Shown here: one piece after another, positions 46,731 to 55,889 of the stretch | Numbering within the stretch: position 1 is the stretch's first letter | Layout: each line of letters opens with the position of its first letter | Source of the DNA: a virus | Length of the DNA stretch: 64,000 nt | Virus record (IMG/VR): IMGVR_UViG_3300037483_000793 | Location: 1-64,000 of that record | Strand: one strand, 5' to 3' | The notes under the pieces: model-generated | The model's input: only the letters and a program-made list of their open reading frames with translations | Database searches by the model: none | Told to the model about the DNA's origin: nothing | Translations under genes and position numbers: made by a program

Positions 46731-47008
46731 CGGGCATCCAACACGAGCTACACGAGGTTCAGGTCACGCTCTCGTACTTCGAGCACTGGTTGTCGGCGGG
46801 ACGATTCGCATACGTCGACGAGCTGTTGCAGACCTTCCCTGTCGACGGTGAAATCGCATGCGCCGCCTTCCTCACCGTTCTAACGATCACCTTCAACGCG
46901 AAGGACAAGCTGAAACACCGCGAAGCATTTCTCGCTCGCGTTGAGGTGCTGCTACGCGAAGCACTCGGCAGCGAACGCGCTGAGAAACTGTTGGAGTACC
47001 GACGATGA
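46727..47008 (+). CDS. hypothetical protein
   Basis: GTGA overlap. Confidence 0.65.
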   Translation: MTGIQHELHEVQVTLSYFEHWLSAGRFAYVDELLQTFPVDGEIACAAFLTVLTITFNAKDKLKHREAFLARVEVLLREALGSERAEKLLEYRR

Positions 47009-47427
47009 TGACCAAGCGCCGACTCTGTAAGATTCTCGCTGACATTCAGATCTTCGATCGGTTGTTCGAAGTCACGGGACCTGTAACCGTCCAGGACGAC
47101 GAAGGTGTGACCAACGGCTGGCACGTCCAGGTCTGCTACTACGAGCCGGACGTTCTCAAACCGAACGGGAACATGGAGCTACAGAAGTCGCGGACCTGGT
47201 TCATCTGGGAAGGCGCCAGTGAATCCGAGGTCGTCGATACCGCGTTTGCGGCCGTGATGCGCAGCTATGATCACGTGGTGCAAGAGCACTTCACGTACAA
47301 GGGCAAGCGCATCTTCTCGCCGCACTTCACCGTCGGTCAGCGTCTGTCGATGGCGACGGACTGTCCCGTGTGCAACGGGCCGCATGACGACAACACGCAT
47401 CGCCAAGCGCGCGCCAACGGTCAGTGA
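47005..47427 (+). CDS. conserved-looking phage hypothetical protein
   Basis: SEVVDTAF.AV...DHVVQEHFTYKGKRIFSPH pattern. Confidence 0.7.
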   Translation: MMTKRRLCKILADIQIFDRLFEVTGPVTVQDDEGVTNGWHVQVCYYEPDVLKPNGNMELQKSRTWFIWEGASESEVVDTAFAAVMRSYDHVVQEHFTYKGKRIFSPHFTVGQRLSMATDCPVCNGPHDDNTHRQARANGQ

Positions 47428-47609
47428 TGAGCTTCCGTAGCCAGGTAGCGGCACTATTCCCGCTTGCGCGTTCGCTGACGCTGCTGTCGTTCGCGATCTT
47501 GTTTCTCAGCTACTACAACGACCCGAATCCCGTCGTTGGCGCGTGCACACTCGTATTCGGCGCGATGGCGATCGTCGCTATCATAATCACACCAACGGAG
47601 AAGTCGTGA
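47424..47609 (+). CDS. small two-helix membrane protein
   Basis: Two hydrophobic segments. Confidence 0.55.
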   Translation: MMSFRSQVAALFPLARSLTLLSFAILFLSYYNDPNPVVGACTLVFGAMAIVAIIITPTEKS

Positions 47610-47830
47610 CGCGCGTACGGAAACCTCGCCCGTTATCGCGAACGCAGCTGCGCATGCTCAAGAACGTGCGTGACGGCCGCGACGCCTTCGCGCACTGCAA
47701 AGGCATGTCCGAGTACGGTGGTGCCGATGGCACCTGGCGATCGCTCGTACGACGCGGCTTGCTCGCGTGGGACAAGCGAGATCTCGTGATCACGGCAGCA
47801 GGTCGCGCTGCGCTCGCAGGAAACTCTTGA
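47606..47830 (+). CDS. small winged-helix-like protein
   Basis: LSRTQLRML...TWRSLVRRGLL...ITAAGRAAL pattern. Confidence 0.6.
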   Translation: MTRVRKPRPLSRTQLRMLKNVRDGRDAFAHCKGMSEYGGADGTWRSLVRRGLLAWDKRDLVITAAGRAALAGNS

Positions 47831-47867
47831 CTTGTCACAAGCAACCACGATAAGCCGGAGAACGAAC

Positions 47868-48137
47868 ATGCCTCAGATCGCCACGAACACACCGATGCCA
47901 CCGTTCGGCGTCGCTGAAGCGCTCGCGCCGATCGATCTCGTTGGCAGCGCCGACCTGTTCCAGTTCTGGCTGCAAACACACGCCGAACTGCTCGGCGCAA
48001 AGTTCTGGCGCACTGCTGTGATGCGCGAGTGCCTGCCCGACCCCGATGGCGAGCTGCTGTTTGTTTCACTGTCGCCGTTGGTTCAGATCGCGCCACGTAC
48101 TGCGCTCGTGCGTGTTGCTCTCGGAGGCGTGCAGTGA
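47868..48137 (+). CDS. hypothetical protein
   Basis: GGAG RBS; preceded by a CTCTTGAC promoter-like element at 47824. Confidence 0.6.
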   Translation: MPQIATNTPMPPFGVAEALAPIDLVGSADLFQFWLQTHAELLGAKFWRTAVMRECLPDPDGELLFVSLSPLVQIAPRTALVRVALGGVQ

Positions 48138-48424
48138 CGCTCGATCGGCGTAAACGTGTTGCTGAACTGCTAACTAAGATCGTCGCAACACTATCGCCGA
48201 CCTGGGCGCCGCGGACCATCCTTCGACATCGCTTGCGCGTGCTCTGCGGCTACGCGCAACAGATGCAGTTGCAACCCGAGGACGTGCTCACGCCTACAGG
48301 CCACGATGCATTTGTAGCGATCGCGGACACGATCTTGTGGACGCGCCACGCTGGCGAACCTCACATGAAACCGTATCGGCCACTCGCGGCTGAGTGGCAA
48401 ACCGTTATCCAACTAGCAGCATGA
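48134..48424 (+). CDS. hypothetical protein
   Basis: GTGA overlap. Confidence 0.55.
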   Translation: MTLDRRKRVAELLTKIVATLSPTWAPRTILRHRLRVLCGYAQQMQLQPEDVLTPTGHDAFVAIADTILWTRHAGEPHMKPYRPLAAEWQTVIQLAA

Positions 48425-49152
48425 CGCTCGAACGCGACACACGAACGAGTATCTTCGGCGTCCACTGGTGGAAGCTGGACCTCGGCACCGACAGGGAACA
48501 GCGCCATCGACATCGACAGCTGATTCTAGAACCGTACGCGCCGTTGTCAGCCAGTGGGGTCGTCCAGCTCAACGCATGGGTCGAAGAGGAGAAAGCCTGC
48601 TACACGTACACCGTCGATCGGCCTGACGCGAAACCCAAAGGACCACCGACGTTTCAAACAGTGTGGGAGCGTATCGAGACATCGATGCGGCGCGACTGTC
48701 CCGGCGTTCCGGGCTTGGGGCAAACGATCATCAAGGCGCTGTCGCGCTACGAACTGTGTGGCGAGTCGGCACAAGAAGGTGTGCACGGATTGTTCTGGGC
48801 TACGTTCGTCGACAACTGCGACGGCCTTGACTACCTGTGTCGTTGGGCGACAGCGGACATCAGCAGCTTCTACGCGCGGACAAGCATGAATGCCGCCTTC
48901 AGCAAACTCGCTCGCGCGACCCGTACAACTTCCGAACGCTTCATCGACGACGTCGCGCAGCTGCTTTACGACATCGGCAGCGAGCACGAGACGCCGCTGT
49001 GTCTTCGCGCGTGGCAGCGCGCCATGGTCGACGACGTGTTCTACGACGCACTTCACGCGCTCGCGACAGCTGGTTCTGGTCCCGCTGAGCGCGCACAATC
49101 GGCACTCGCGTTTCTCCGTACGCACGAATCCAAGAGGTCTCATGCCACCTGA
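48421..49152 (+). CDS. hypothetical protein
   Basis: ATGA overlap. Confidence 0.65.
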   Translation: MTLERDTRTSIFGVHWWKLDLGTDREQRHRHRQLILEPYAPLSASGVVQLNAWVEEEKACYTYTVDRPDAKPKGPPTFQTVWERIETSMRRDCPGVPGLGQTIIKALSRYELCGESAQEGVHGLFWATFVDNCDGLDYLCRWATADISSFYARTSMNAAFSKLARATRTTSERFIDDVAQLLYDIGSEHETPLCLRAWQRAMVDDVFYDALHALATAGSGPAERAQSALAFLRTHESKRSHAT

Positions 49153-49384
49153 TCCGCTTCTTGTCCGTATGCAGCAGCCCGAAGTCAAACCGATCGAGCC
49201 ACGGCTCGATGAATTTCAAGTGCCGTGGTGTGACGCGAAGTGTCCGCACTTCGCAGGAACGCGCTGCGAGCTGACGGATAGCGCGCCAGAGACGCTCTGC
49301 ATTCCTGGTGTCCGCATGCTTGTCCAGATGGCGAACCAGTTCGTGCAGCTGCAACACAACACCTACGGAGGGCGCAGGTCATGA
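49142..49384 (+). CDS. hypothetical Cys-containing protein
   Basis: GAGG RBS; C...CPH...C...C pattern. Confidence 0.55.
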   Translation: MPPDPLLVRMQQPEVKPIEPRLDEFQVPWCDAKCPHFAGTRCELTDSAPETLCIPGVRMLVQMANQFVQLQHNTYGGRRS

Positions 49385-49752
49385 CACGTGAACCGCACCA
49401 ACCGACGTTCGCTGTCGTCGTCGAGGGTACGTACCACGACGGTACCGTCGACGATTTACAGTTGACGATCCCGTACGCGATCCGTCTCGATCGTGTGGGG
49501 CCTGGCGCGATCGAATTTACGTTGACGATCAACAACAAGATCTGCGGCCAGCTGCCGTTCGACAACTTGGTGAAAGCTGCGACACGCATCGATCCCGACA
49601 ACGCTGTCGGGCCCGAGAAACAGATCCAGAAGCTGCGCAAGGAAACCGCCGAGGCGCGTGCCGAGATGTACGACTGGCAAGCCAAAGCGCTGCAGCTCGA
49701 AGAGCGCCTCAAGCAGTACGAAGCCGCAGAAGCCGTTCCCAATGCCGACTGA
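49381..49752 (+). CDS. hypothetical protein with C-terminal coiled coil
   Basis: ATGA overlap. Confidence 0.65.
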   Translation: MTREPHQPTFAVVVEGTYHDGTVDDLQLTIPYAIRLDRVGPGAIEFTLTINNKICGQLPFDNLVKAATRIDPDNAVGPEKQIQKLRKETAEARAEMYDWQAKALQLEERLKQYEAAEAVPNAD

Positions 49753-50407
49753 CCCCACACCAATCGAAGATCCGCGCAACGCAGTTGGGCTGCTAACTGA
49801 CGTGCTAGATCTCGTTTTGGCGCAGCCGGTGTACCAGCTGTTCGAAACGGACGCGATCAAGGCCGACGTCTACGTCGCTGGGATTCCCGCGGCGCGTGAC
49901 CTCGGGCGCATGTTCACGCGCGGACCACGCAAGGTGTTCAACGGCTACCGCCGACGCGGCACCTCCGAGCTGTACCAGCAACTCAAGACCGTTCAAGAGA
50001 CGCCGCCCGACGCCGATTGGCGCATCCGCGACAACCGTCGCCGCGAACTGGCCACAGCTTCGTGGAGCATGGCTTCGCGCATCCTCAAGATCGCGATCGA
50101 CGTGATGGAAGACGCGCGTCGCTGGGAGAAGTACAACAAAGCGATCGTCGAACCCGCGACACCGTACACGCCGATGCGTGCGTATCCGGCGCCGTGGGCC
50201 AAAGACTGGGAAGACCACATCCGTTATGCGCGAGACTACTTCGGTGTCGACGTCGGCGCGATCGCGATGGCCGAATGTAGCTGGCGCTTCCGTGACCTCA
50301 CCGAACGCAGTCACCGCGGACTCAACACGCGCGCCGCATTCGAGGCAGCGTGGCTGGCTGGGCAGTACGACTTCGCGAAGCGCCTCATCACGGAGCCGTT
50401 CCAGTGA
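49742..50407 (+). CDS. hypothetical protein
   Basis: Operon packing. Confidence 0.65.
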   Translation: MPTDPTPIEDPRNAVGLLTDVLDLVLAQPVYQLFETDAIKADVYVAGIPAARDLGRMFTRGPRKVFNGYRRRGTSELYQQLKTVQETPPDADWRIRDNRRRELATASWSMASRILKIAIDVMEDARRWEKYNKAIVEPATPYTPMRAYPAPWAKDWEDHIRYARDYFGVDVGAIAMAECSWRFRDLTERSHRGLNTRAAFEAAWLAGQYDFAKRLITEPFQ

Positions 50408-50871
50408 ACCCGCGCGTCAAATCACCGTGGCAGAAGTACGTCGAGAAGCGTGCACACCAGAACATGCGACTGATCCGCATGGCGACGTCGCGGCTTCAAC
50501 GCGACTACCAGGCACCGTCCGAGATGCCGCCGCAAGCACAGCTCGGCATCCACCTTGGGCTCATCACACTCGTGAACTGCTCGGACAAGCTCATCGACAT
50601 ACGTGCTCGCGCGCGTTGGCTCTTGCACTGGATGCTCGGCTACTTGATCGTGCAAGGATTCACTGTCGAAGATGCCTCGACGGACAACGCACTCGACGCA
50701 CTCGAAGCGATTGTGATCGCTGCTGCGCAAGCGAAAGAGAAGCAACCCGGCCAGCTCCAGTGGCGCAACGGCGTGCTGATGCACGATGACGGTACGCCGG
50801 TCCCCAATACGTGGACCAGCGTCTACAACACCGCGTGGAAGTTCATCGGCGCACTGCAAGGGCGCGCATGA
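50404..50871 (+). CDS. hypothetical protein
   Basis: GTGA and ATGA overlaps. Confidence 0.65.
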   Translation: MNPRVKSPWQKYVEKRAHQNMRLIRMATSRLQRDYQAPSEMPPQAQLGIHLGLITLVNCSDKLIDIRARARWLLHWMLGYLIVQGFTVEDASTDNALDALEAIVIAAAQAKEKQPGQLQWRNGVLMHDDGTPVPNTWTSVYNTAWKFIGALQGRA

Positions 50872-51092
50872 TCGTCAAAGTCCAGATCAGCCAGAACACG
50901 AACGCGGCCGAGCGCCAGGTGCTCGTCTACGACCTGGAGTACCAGTACTACGCAGAGCTGCCGTTGTCGGCGTGTCCCGGCCTGCGAGAAACCATGCTCG
51001 ACACCGCGCCTGTGTGGCGTGCGTTCTTCGAGGCCGAGATCGTCGATACCAAGTTGAGCCTCGGGCGACGCCTGCCCGACCAAGAGTGGTGA
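50868..51092 (+). CDS. small phage hypothetical protein
   Basis: MIVKVQIS...LVYD...LGRRLPDQEW pattern. Confidence 0.7.
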   Translation: MIVKVQISQNTNAAERQVLVYDLEYQYYAELPLSACPGLRETMLDTAPVWRAFFEAEIVDTKLSLGRRLPDQEW

Positions 51093-51325
51093 CCGTGCCC
51101 AAATCCAAGCTCGAATACCATCTGTTCGCGCGGTTCTCGTCGAACGGCGGCGCCGTCCGCATCGGCGTGTTCCTCAGCGAACGCAAGGTACGGGAAATCG
51201 GCAACGCGATGCACGAGTTTGCCGACGACGTCTGGTACCGCACCAAGGTCCGACGTCCGGACACCAAACCGTATCGCAAGCCGCTACGCCGACCAGCGAT
51301 CGCACCTTGGCGATCGACACTCTAA
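51089..51325 (+). CDS. hypothetical protein
   Basis: GTGA overlap. Confidence 0.55.
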   Translation: MTVPKSKLEYHLFARFSSNGGAVRIGVFLSERKVREIGNAMHEFADDVWYRTKVRRPDTKPYRKPLRRPAIAPWRSTL

Positions 51326-51436
51326 CGGGGAATGAACAATGCGAATGATTGTGCCAGTGCCAGACAAAGATCCACGACGACAGCTCGGAGCCGTCGAAGC
51401 ACTGAGACAGCTCATGCAGACCATCGGAGTACCGTG

Positions 51437-52105
51437 ATGGGTATGGCGCATCAAGCACCCGTCTCGCGCTACAAGCGTCGCTACACGATCAGCACGCACG
51501 CCGTCGATCGCTTCCGCGAGCGTGTTGACCAAGACACCAAGTGCCGACCGCACCACGATCTCGCGAATCTGCTCGACGAGAAAGTGCAGCAGTCCAAGAG
51601 CCAGTACACAGTCCGCGACCCGCGCGCACCGGAGTCGACGACGCAGCTGTTCGCAATCGAGATGCGCGGCGGCACATACTTCGCCGTCGTTCGTGACGAG
51701 ACTGTAATCACCGTGCTCGACGAATCGATGGTCAAGACCAACTACGAAGTGAACTGGAAGCCAGTGCTCAACGCGCCGTTCGCTGACAAGCTCAAGGACG
51801 TGCAGATCGCGAAGCCGCCCGAGAAGTTGGATCAGACACCGAAACAGATCGTCAAGACGCCGATCGATCAAGCGATCCTCGTCGGCGCGTTGCCACTGCC
51901 GGTGAATTCGCCGCCGCTACCAAACCCGCTCGACACCGCAGGCGCGGACTACGCGCGAGCGCTCAAGCGCAAGCGCGATGCGCAACTCGCTGTCGATGCA
52001 GCGAAACAAGCCGTCACGACAGTCGAACAGGCCTTTTTCGACGCCGAGGTCGAGTGCGAGCAGGCACGTCTCGCCCTGTTCACGCTCGCGGAGGGTGCTG
52101 AATGA
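51437..52105 (+). CDS. hypothetical protein (N-terminal 'THAVDRFRER' domain)
   Basis: GGAG RBS; ISTHAVDRFRER...VVRDETVITVL pattern. Confidence 0.65.
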   Translation: MGMAHQAPVSRYKRRYTISTHAVDRFRERVDQDTKCRPHHDLANLLDEKVQQSKSQYTVRDPRAPESTTQLFAIEMRGGTYFAVVRDETVITVLDESMVKTNYEVNWKPVLNAPFADKLKDVQIAKPPEKLDQTPKQIVKTPIDQAILVGALPLPVNSPPLPNPLDTAGADYARALKRKRDAQLAVDAAKQAVTTVEQAFFDAEVECEQARLALFTLAEGAE

Positions 52106-52545
52106 CGATCCCGACGACCAAAGGCGAGTGGATCACCAACGAAGAACAGCTGCAGCGCTGGGTACGCGGTGAATCCGTGCATCGGCAGTTCAAGATGGAG
52201 TTCGTCGACCGTGACGGCGTTACGGTCGTGCGAACGCAGAACATGGACGAGTGCACGCCCGACTTCTCGTGCTGTCGCCCTCAACTGCGCGCGGTGCGCG
52301 CGATTCGTGAAGCGTTTGCAGCCGCGTCCGAGCGTGAACGTCACAAGTTTCTCGGGACGTTCCTGCAAGCCATGCTCGCGGACGCCAGTCTCGCAGAGCA
52401 GGTAAAGGTCGTTGTTGCCGACGTCGTGCGTGAGCGTTTCGTCACCGAGATGATCGCGTTGTCCGGCGAAGACAGCTGTCAGGCGTGTGGTGCACGCTGG
52501 GAAGTTCACGGGCAAACGTGTGCCGGATCGAAGGGACAAGCATGA
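52102..52545 (+). CDS. hypothetical protein
   Basis: ATGA overlap; QLQRWVRGES.H...ECTPDFSCC. Confidence 0.7.
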   Translation: MTIPTTKGEWITNEEQLQRWVRGESVHRQFKMEFVDRDGVTVVRTQNMDECTPDFSCCRPQLRAVRAIREAFAAASERERHKFLGTFLQAMLADASLAEQVKVVVADVVRERFVTEMIALSGEDSCQACGARWEVHGQTCAGSKGQA

Positions 52546-52778
52546 GCGACGACAACAACGATCCGAAGTGCGGTGTCTGCGGCGAGCGCCGTAGCGTGCA
52601 CGTTCCGAGCGAGAGCGGCCCACTCACGCACCCGCGCGAAGCGCGCGGCGAGGGTATGTACCGGCTCGTGAGCCCCGGCTGGACGATGTCTGGCGCGATG
52701 GATTCATCGGCGCGCGGGTGGCGTGACGACATCGAGATCCCACCGAGCTACGAGTTCGTGCCGAAGACAGTTGGATGA
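52542..52778 (+). CDS. hypothetical protein
   Basis: ATGA overlaps; CGVC...H. Confidence 0.65.
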   Translation: MSDDNNDPKCGVCGERRSVHVPSESGPLTHPREARGEGMYRLVSPGWTMSGAMDSSARGWRDDIEIPPSYEFVPKTVG

Positions 52779-53140
52779 TCTACACCAACTACATCACCGT
52801 CACAGATCGTGTCGCAGCGCAGCTTGTAAAGGTGACCGTCGAACGGATAGGCGGCATCGACATACGTCTTGCCACCGCGAACGGGACGCAGGTCATCGCT
52901 GTACGCATCGCACGCCAAGCAGCGCGACAGGGACTTCTGCCCGCCGATCTCGATCAAGAAGTGGGTGAGGACGTACTGCACGCGATCGCAGCTACGATTC
53001 CCGGACGTTCACTACTCTCCTACGTGAAGTCGACCGATCCATGGACCGGTTATCTACGGCTGCTTCCTGATGAGTGGAAGCACGTGGTCAACGCCGCCGA
53101 ACGACAGCTGGTCGATCAGTGGTCAAGGATCCGACGGTGA
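52775..53140 (+). CDS. hypothetical protein
   Basis: ATGA overlap. Confidence 0.6.
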   Translation: MIYTNYITVTDRVAAQLVKVTVERIGGIDIRLATANGTQVIAVRIARQAARQGLLPADLDQEVGEDVLHAIAATIPGRSLLSYVKSTDPWTGYLRLLPDEWKHVVNAAERQLVDQWSRIRR

Positions 53141-53643
53141 AAGAAGTGCGCCGTTACTCCGACAAGACCATCACAATCGCTGCCAAGTGCATTCGGCGCG
53201 CGTTGCGATTCATTCCGGGGCACGAGCTTTCGGTGCAAGTGCGCGTCGATCGATTGATCGAGTACCTCGTGCGCAACGGCTTTCAGCCTGTCGACCTCGC
53301 GCGCCCTACGGGCGCCGCGGCGCTCGTGGCTATCGCGTCTGCGCTGCCGACGACGACACACAGGCACATCAACATCGACAGCGAAGGGTCGCCGATCCTG
53401 AACACGCCGTACGTGCGCACGAAGCCCGCAATCATGATCGATAGCTTCACCAACGACCTCGCGACGCTGCAGGCGTTGCACGAGACGAAGACGACAAATC
53501 GAGGCCTAGGCTGGGCAGGCATCAACTACAGCGCACTTGAACTTCAAATCGCGGCGCAGCTCGCGCTGACCACGCCTGTGAAGCTCTCGAAGACGTGGCA
53601 GCGCGTCATCGACCGCGTGATGCGAATGCCGGGACTCACGTGA
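53137..53643 (+). CDS. hypothetical protein
   Basis: GTGA overlap. Confidence 0.6.
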   Translation: MKEVRRYSDKTITIAAKCIRRALRFIPGHELSVQVRVDRLIEYLVRNGFQPVDLARPTGAAALVAIASALPTTTHRHINIDSEGSPILNTPYVRTKPAIMIDSFTNDLATLQALHETKTTNRGLGWAGINYSALELQIAAQLALTTPVKLSKTWQRVIDRVMRMPGLT

Positions 53644-54062
53644 ACTTCGAGAACCTGCCGACACTGGAGCAGTTGCGATCGGCCACAGCGACCGATGTCC
53701 AGTGGCGCATCGCGGACATGTGCAACAACGCGATTTGGCCGTACCTGTTACCGCAGAACATGCCGCAACGGATGCCGAAGTGGCTCGGCGAAGGGCGCGT
53801 CGACTTTCAGTTCGTCGCGCGGTTGTGTGCGCAGCTGTCACAGCAAGGACTCGAACCCGCCGATCTCGACAACCCGAACGGGCAAGCGGCCATACAAGCG
53901 ATCACAGCAGCGATCATGGCGTCGGATGACAATCGCTTCGTAATCATGATTCATGACGAGATCTTGATCGAGACGCCGAGCGGCGAGTGGCCCGCCGTCA
54001 TCTTGGCTGCACAGCACCTGCTTCACCGACAACCTCGTCGCTACGCAGTCGATCACGGGTAG
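53640..54062 (+). CDS. hypothetical protein containing a PolA motif-C-like segment
   Basis: GTGA overlap; FVIMIHDEILIETP. Confidence 0.6.
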   Translation: MNFENLPTLEQLRSATATDVQWRIADMCNNAIWPYLLPQNMPQRMPKWLGEGRVDFQFVARLCAQLSQQGLEPADLDNPNGQAAIQAITAAIMASDDNRFVIMIHDEILIETPSGEWPAVILAAQHLLHRQPRRYAVDHG

Positions 54063-54071
54063 ACTACAGGC

Positions 54072-54236
54072 ATGGCACCTTACATCCTGCTTCTCGCAAT
54101 GCTCACTGGCCTCCTCATGTACCTCCTCGCGTCCAATTCCAAGGCGCAGGACATCGGTCGCATGTTGCTGATCGCGAGCTTTATCGGGCTCATGGTCGCG
54201 CTCGCGCCGTTCACCGTCGCGAAGTTCTTTCACTGA
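54072..54236 (+). CDS. small two-TM membrane protein (holin-like candidate)
   Basis: MAPYILLLAMLTGLLMYLLASNSKAQDIGRMLLIASFIGLMVALAPFTVAKFFH (manual translation). Confidence 0.55.
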   Translation: MAPYILLLAMLTGLLMYLLASNSKAQDIGRMLLIASFIGLMVALAPFTVAKFFH

Positions 54237-54814
54237 TGGGCATTCTGACGTGGGAGCGCACGGGCGATCTCGTACAGGATTTGAAACTGTATATGGCACA
54301 CCAAGAAGAGATGGCGATTTGGGGGCTCCCTAACTACGTACGTTACCTGCGTGCGATCATCATCAAACTAACGCCGCAGCTTCATCACTGCACCGAGGCC
54401 GTTCTCGACGCCGCTGCTGTCGTGCTCGCAGCGAACGAACCAGCACTGCTGCAGCGGTTCATGACGACGCCGCCGCACGTGCATCCAAAGACGCGTGCGC
54501 TCGTCTCGCGTGAAGCAGCCAATGCAATCTGCGAGGTCATCGGCTGCTGGGCTGGTTGGGACGCACACGCTACCGCCAAGCTCCGTGACAATGATGCAGT
54601 GAACGAACGCGCCAAGGGCGCAGTGCGGCGCATTGAGGGTGACGCGCTCGCTGTTGGGTTGACCCTGAACGATCTCATGGATTGTGCCGTCGATGCGTTC
54701 ACCGACAAAGACATCGACGCAAACCGCCGCGATGCTGCCGTTGCTGCAATGTCTGCTGGGCACTTCAAGCTCGGTAGCCAAATCATCGCCGAAGCGCCCA
54801 GCGACGAGAGCTGA
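54236..54814 (+). CDS. hypothetical protein
   Basis: TGATG overlap. Confidence 0.65.
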   Translation: MGILTWERTGDLVQDLKLYMAHQEEMAIWGLPNYVRYLRAIIIKLTPQLHHCTEAVLDAAAVVLAANEPALLQRFMTTPPHVHPKTRALVSREAANAICEVIGCWAGWDAHATAKLRDNDAVNERAKGAVRRIEGDALAVGLTLNDLMDCAVDAFTDKDIDANRRDAAVAAMSAGHFKLGSQIIAEAPSDES

Positions 54815-54884
54815 TCGCCGCCGCGATCGTCGAGATCACACCCGCAACACGCTCTTGACAAGTCCCAGCCAAACCGGCTACACG
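54813..54884 (+). promoter_or_regulatory. palindrome plus putative promoter
   Basis: GATCGCCGCCGCGATC at 54813; CTCTTGACAAGTCCCAGC (identical to 42893-42910) with TTGACA-N18-TACACG. Confidence 0.65.
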
Positions 54885-54890
54885 CGATAG

Positions 54891-55091
54891 ATGGGCAAGT
54901 TCGAGATTCGCAAGGGACGGACGGGCGCGTTTCGTTTTGTGTTGATCGCCAAGAACGGTGAAGTACTCGCGACCAGCGAGAACTACACGACCAAGGCGAA
55001 GTGTCACAAAGGCATCAACGCCGTGATCGATCTCTTGCTAGGGCTGCCGACGGCATTACCGCCGATCGTCGACACGACGATCAAGAAGTAG
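54891..55091 (+). CDS. YegP/DUF1508-family protein
   Basis: KFEIRK...FRFVLIAKNGEVLATSENYTTKA.C..GI.AV. Confidence 0.88.
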   Translation: MGKFEIRKGRTGAFRFVLIAKNGEVLATSENYTTKAKCHKGINAVIDLLLGLPTALPPIVDTTIKK

Positions 55092-55094
55092 CAA

Positions 55095-55238
55095 CGAGAC
55101 CAAGGAGAACGTCGAGCCTCGGGATAAAGCAACGGCGAAACCGCCCACGGAGTCGACGCCGTGTAGGCACCTCGCTCGCGCAAACAGGTTGATTGGTCGA
55201 CGCCCGAAACCAGACGTGACAGCTTGGAGAGACAGCAC
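55095..55238 (+). ncRNA. structured intergenic/leader RNA candidate
   Basis: 150-nt non-coding gap with hairpins GGCG/CGCC, CACGG/CCGTG and TGGT/ACCA, and possible crossing pairs CGTCGA/TCGACG and TCGGG/CCCGA. Confidence 0.3.
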
Positions 55239-55240
55239 TT

Positions 55241-55870
55241 ATGAACATGAGCGACGCCACCGAGTGGCTGAAGATGGCCGTGCAGGACGAAGACGCTGAT
55301 GTCTGGCCACGTATCCGCTGGAAGAACGTCGAGCGTCCTGGCTACTTCGGCAAGCGTCGTGACCTGTCCCATGCACGCTACGATCAGCGGCACGGGCGCC
55401 ACCGCTGGCGTCTCCGCTGGCTGGTCGTGACAACCCCAAGCGCGCAGCCGCTCACGCTCAGCTTCGAGCAAGCGTGCAAGCTGATCTACGAAGAGAGCTA
55501 CTTCCGCTACCTACAGGATCGGCCCGACGATCTCGACTTTATCTGCGAGTTCACGGACTGCATCGACAACGCGCCGACGAACATCCACTCGGGACTCGAC
55601 TACACGGCACAGGAAGCTAGCTCAACACACATTCAGGACATCGCAGTGCGCAACGTGCTCGCGCGGCTCGGTCGTACGTTCACGGGCAATCGCACCGAGC
55701 TTCTCGTGATCCGATCGGCTGACTCGAACGGTTACCGTTTCGGGCCGGGCAACGTACCGCTGTTCGCACCGGATCTCGTCATGCAGCCGTCGCTCGCACC
55801 GTCGTGGGCGAACCCGGGCACCGTCGAGGACTTCTGGCAGTCGAACAAGTGGTTGCAGGTTCACCGATAG
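55241..55870 (+). CDS. hypothetical protein
   Basis: 209-aa ORF, aromatic-rich. Confidence 0.7.
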   Translation: MNMSDATEWLKMAVQDEDADVWPRIRWKNVERPGYFGKRRDLSHARYDQRHGRHRWRLRWLVVTTPSAQPLTLSFEQACKLIYEESYFRYLQDRPDDLDFICEFTDCIDNAPTNIHSGLDYTAQEASSTHIQDIAVRNVLARLGRTFTGNRTELLVIRSADSNGYRFGPGNVPLFAPDLVMQPSLAPSWANPGTVEDFWQSNKWLQVHR

Positions 55871-55889
55871 ATCGTGCTAGCCTCGCCGG

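Noticed and set aside
55105-55165. c-di-GMP-I riboswitch
   Set aside because: A GAAA-capped hairpin is present, but the conserved GGCAAAC and GACGCAAAGC elements are not.
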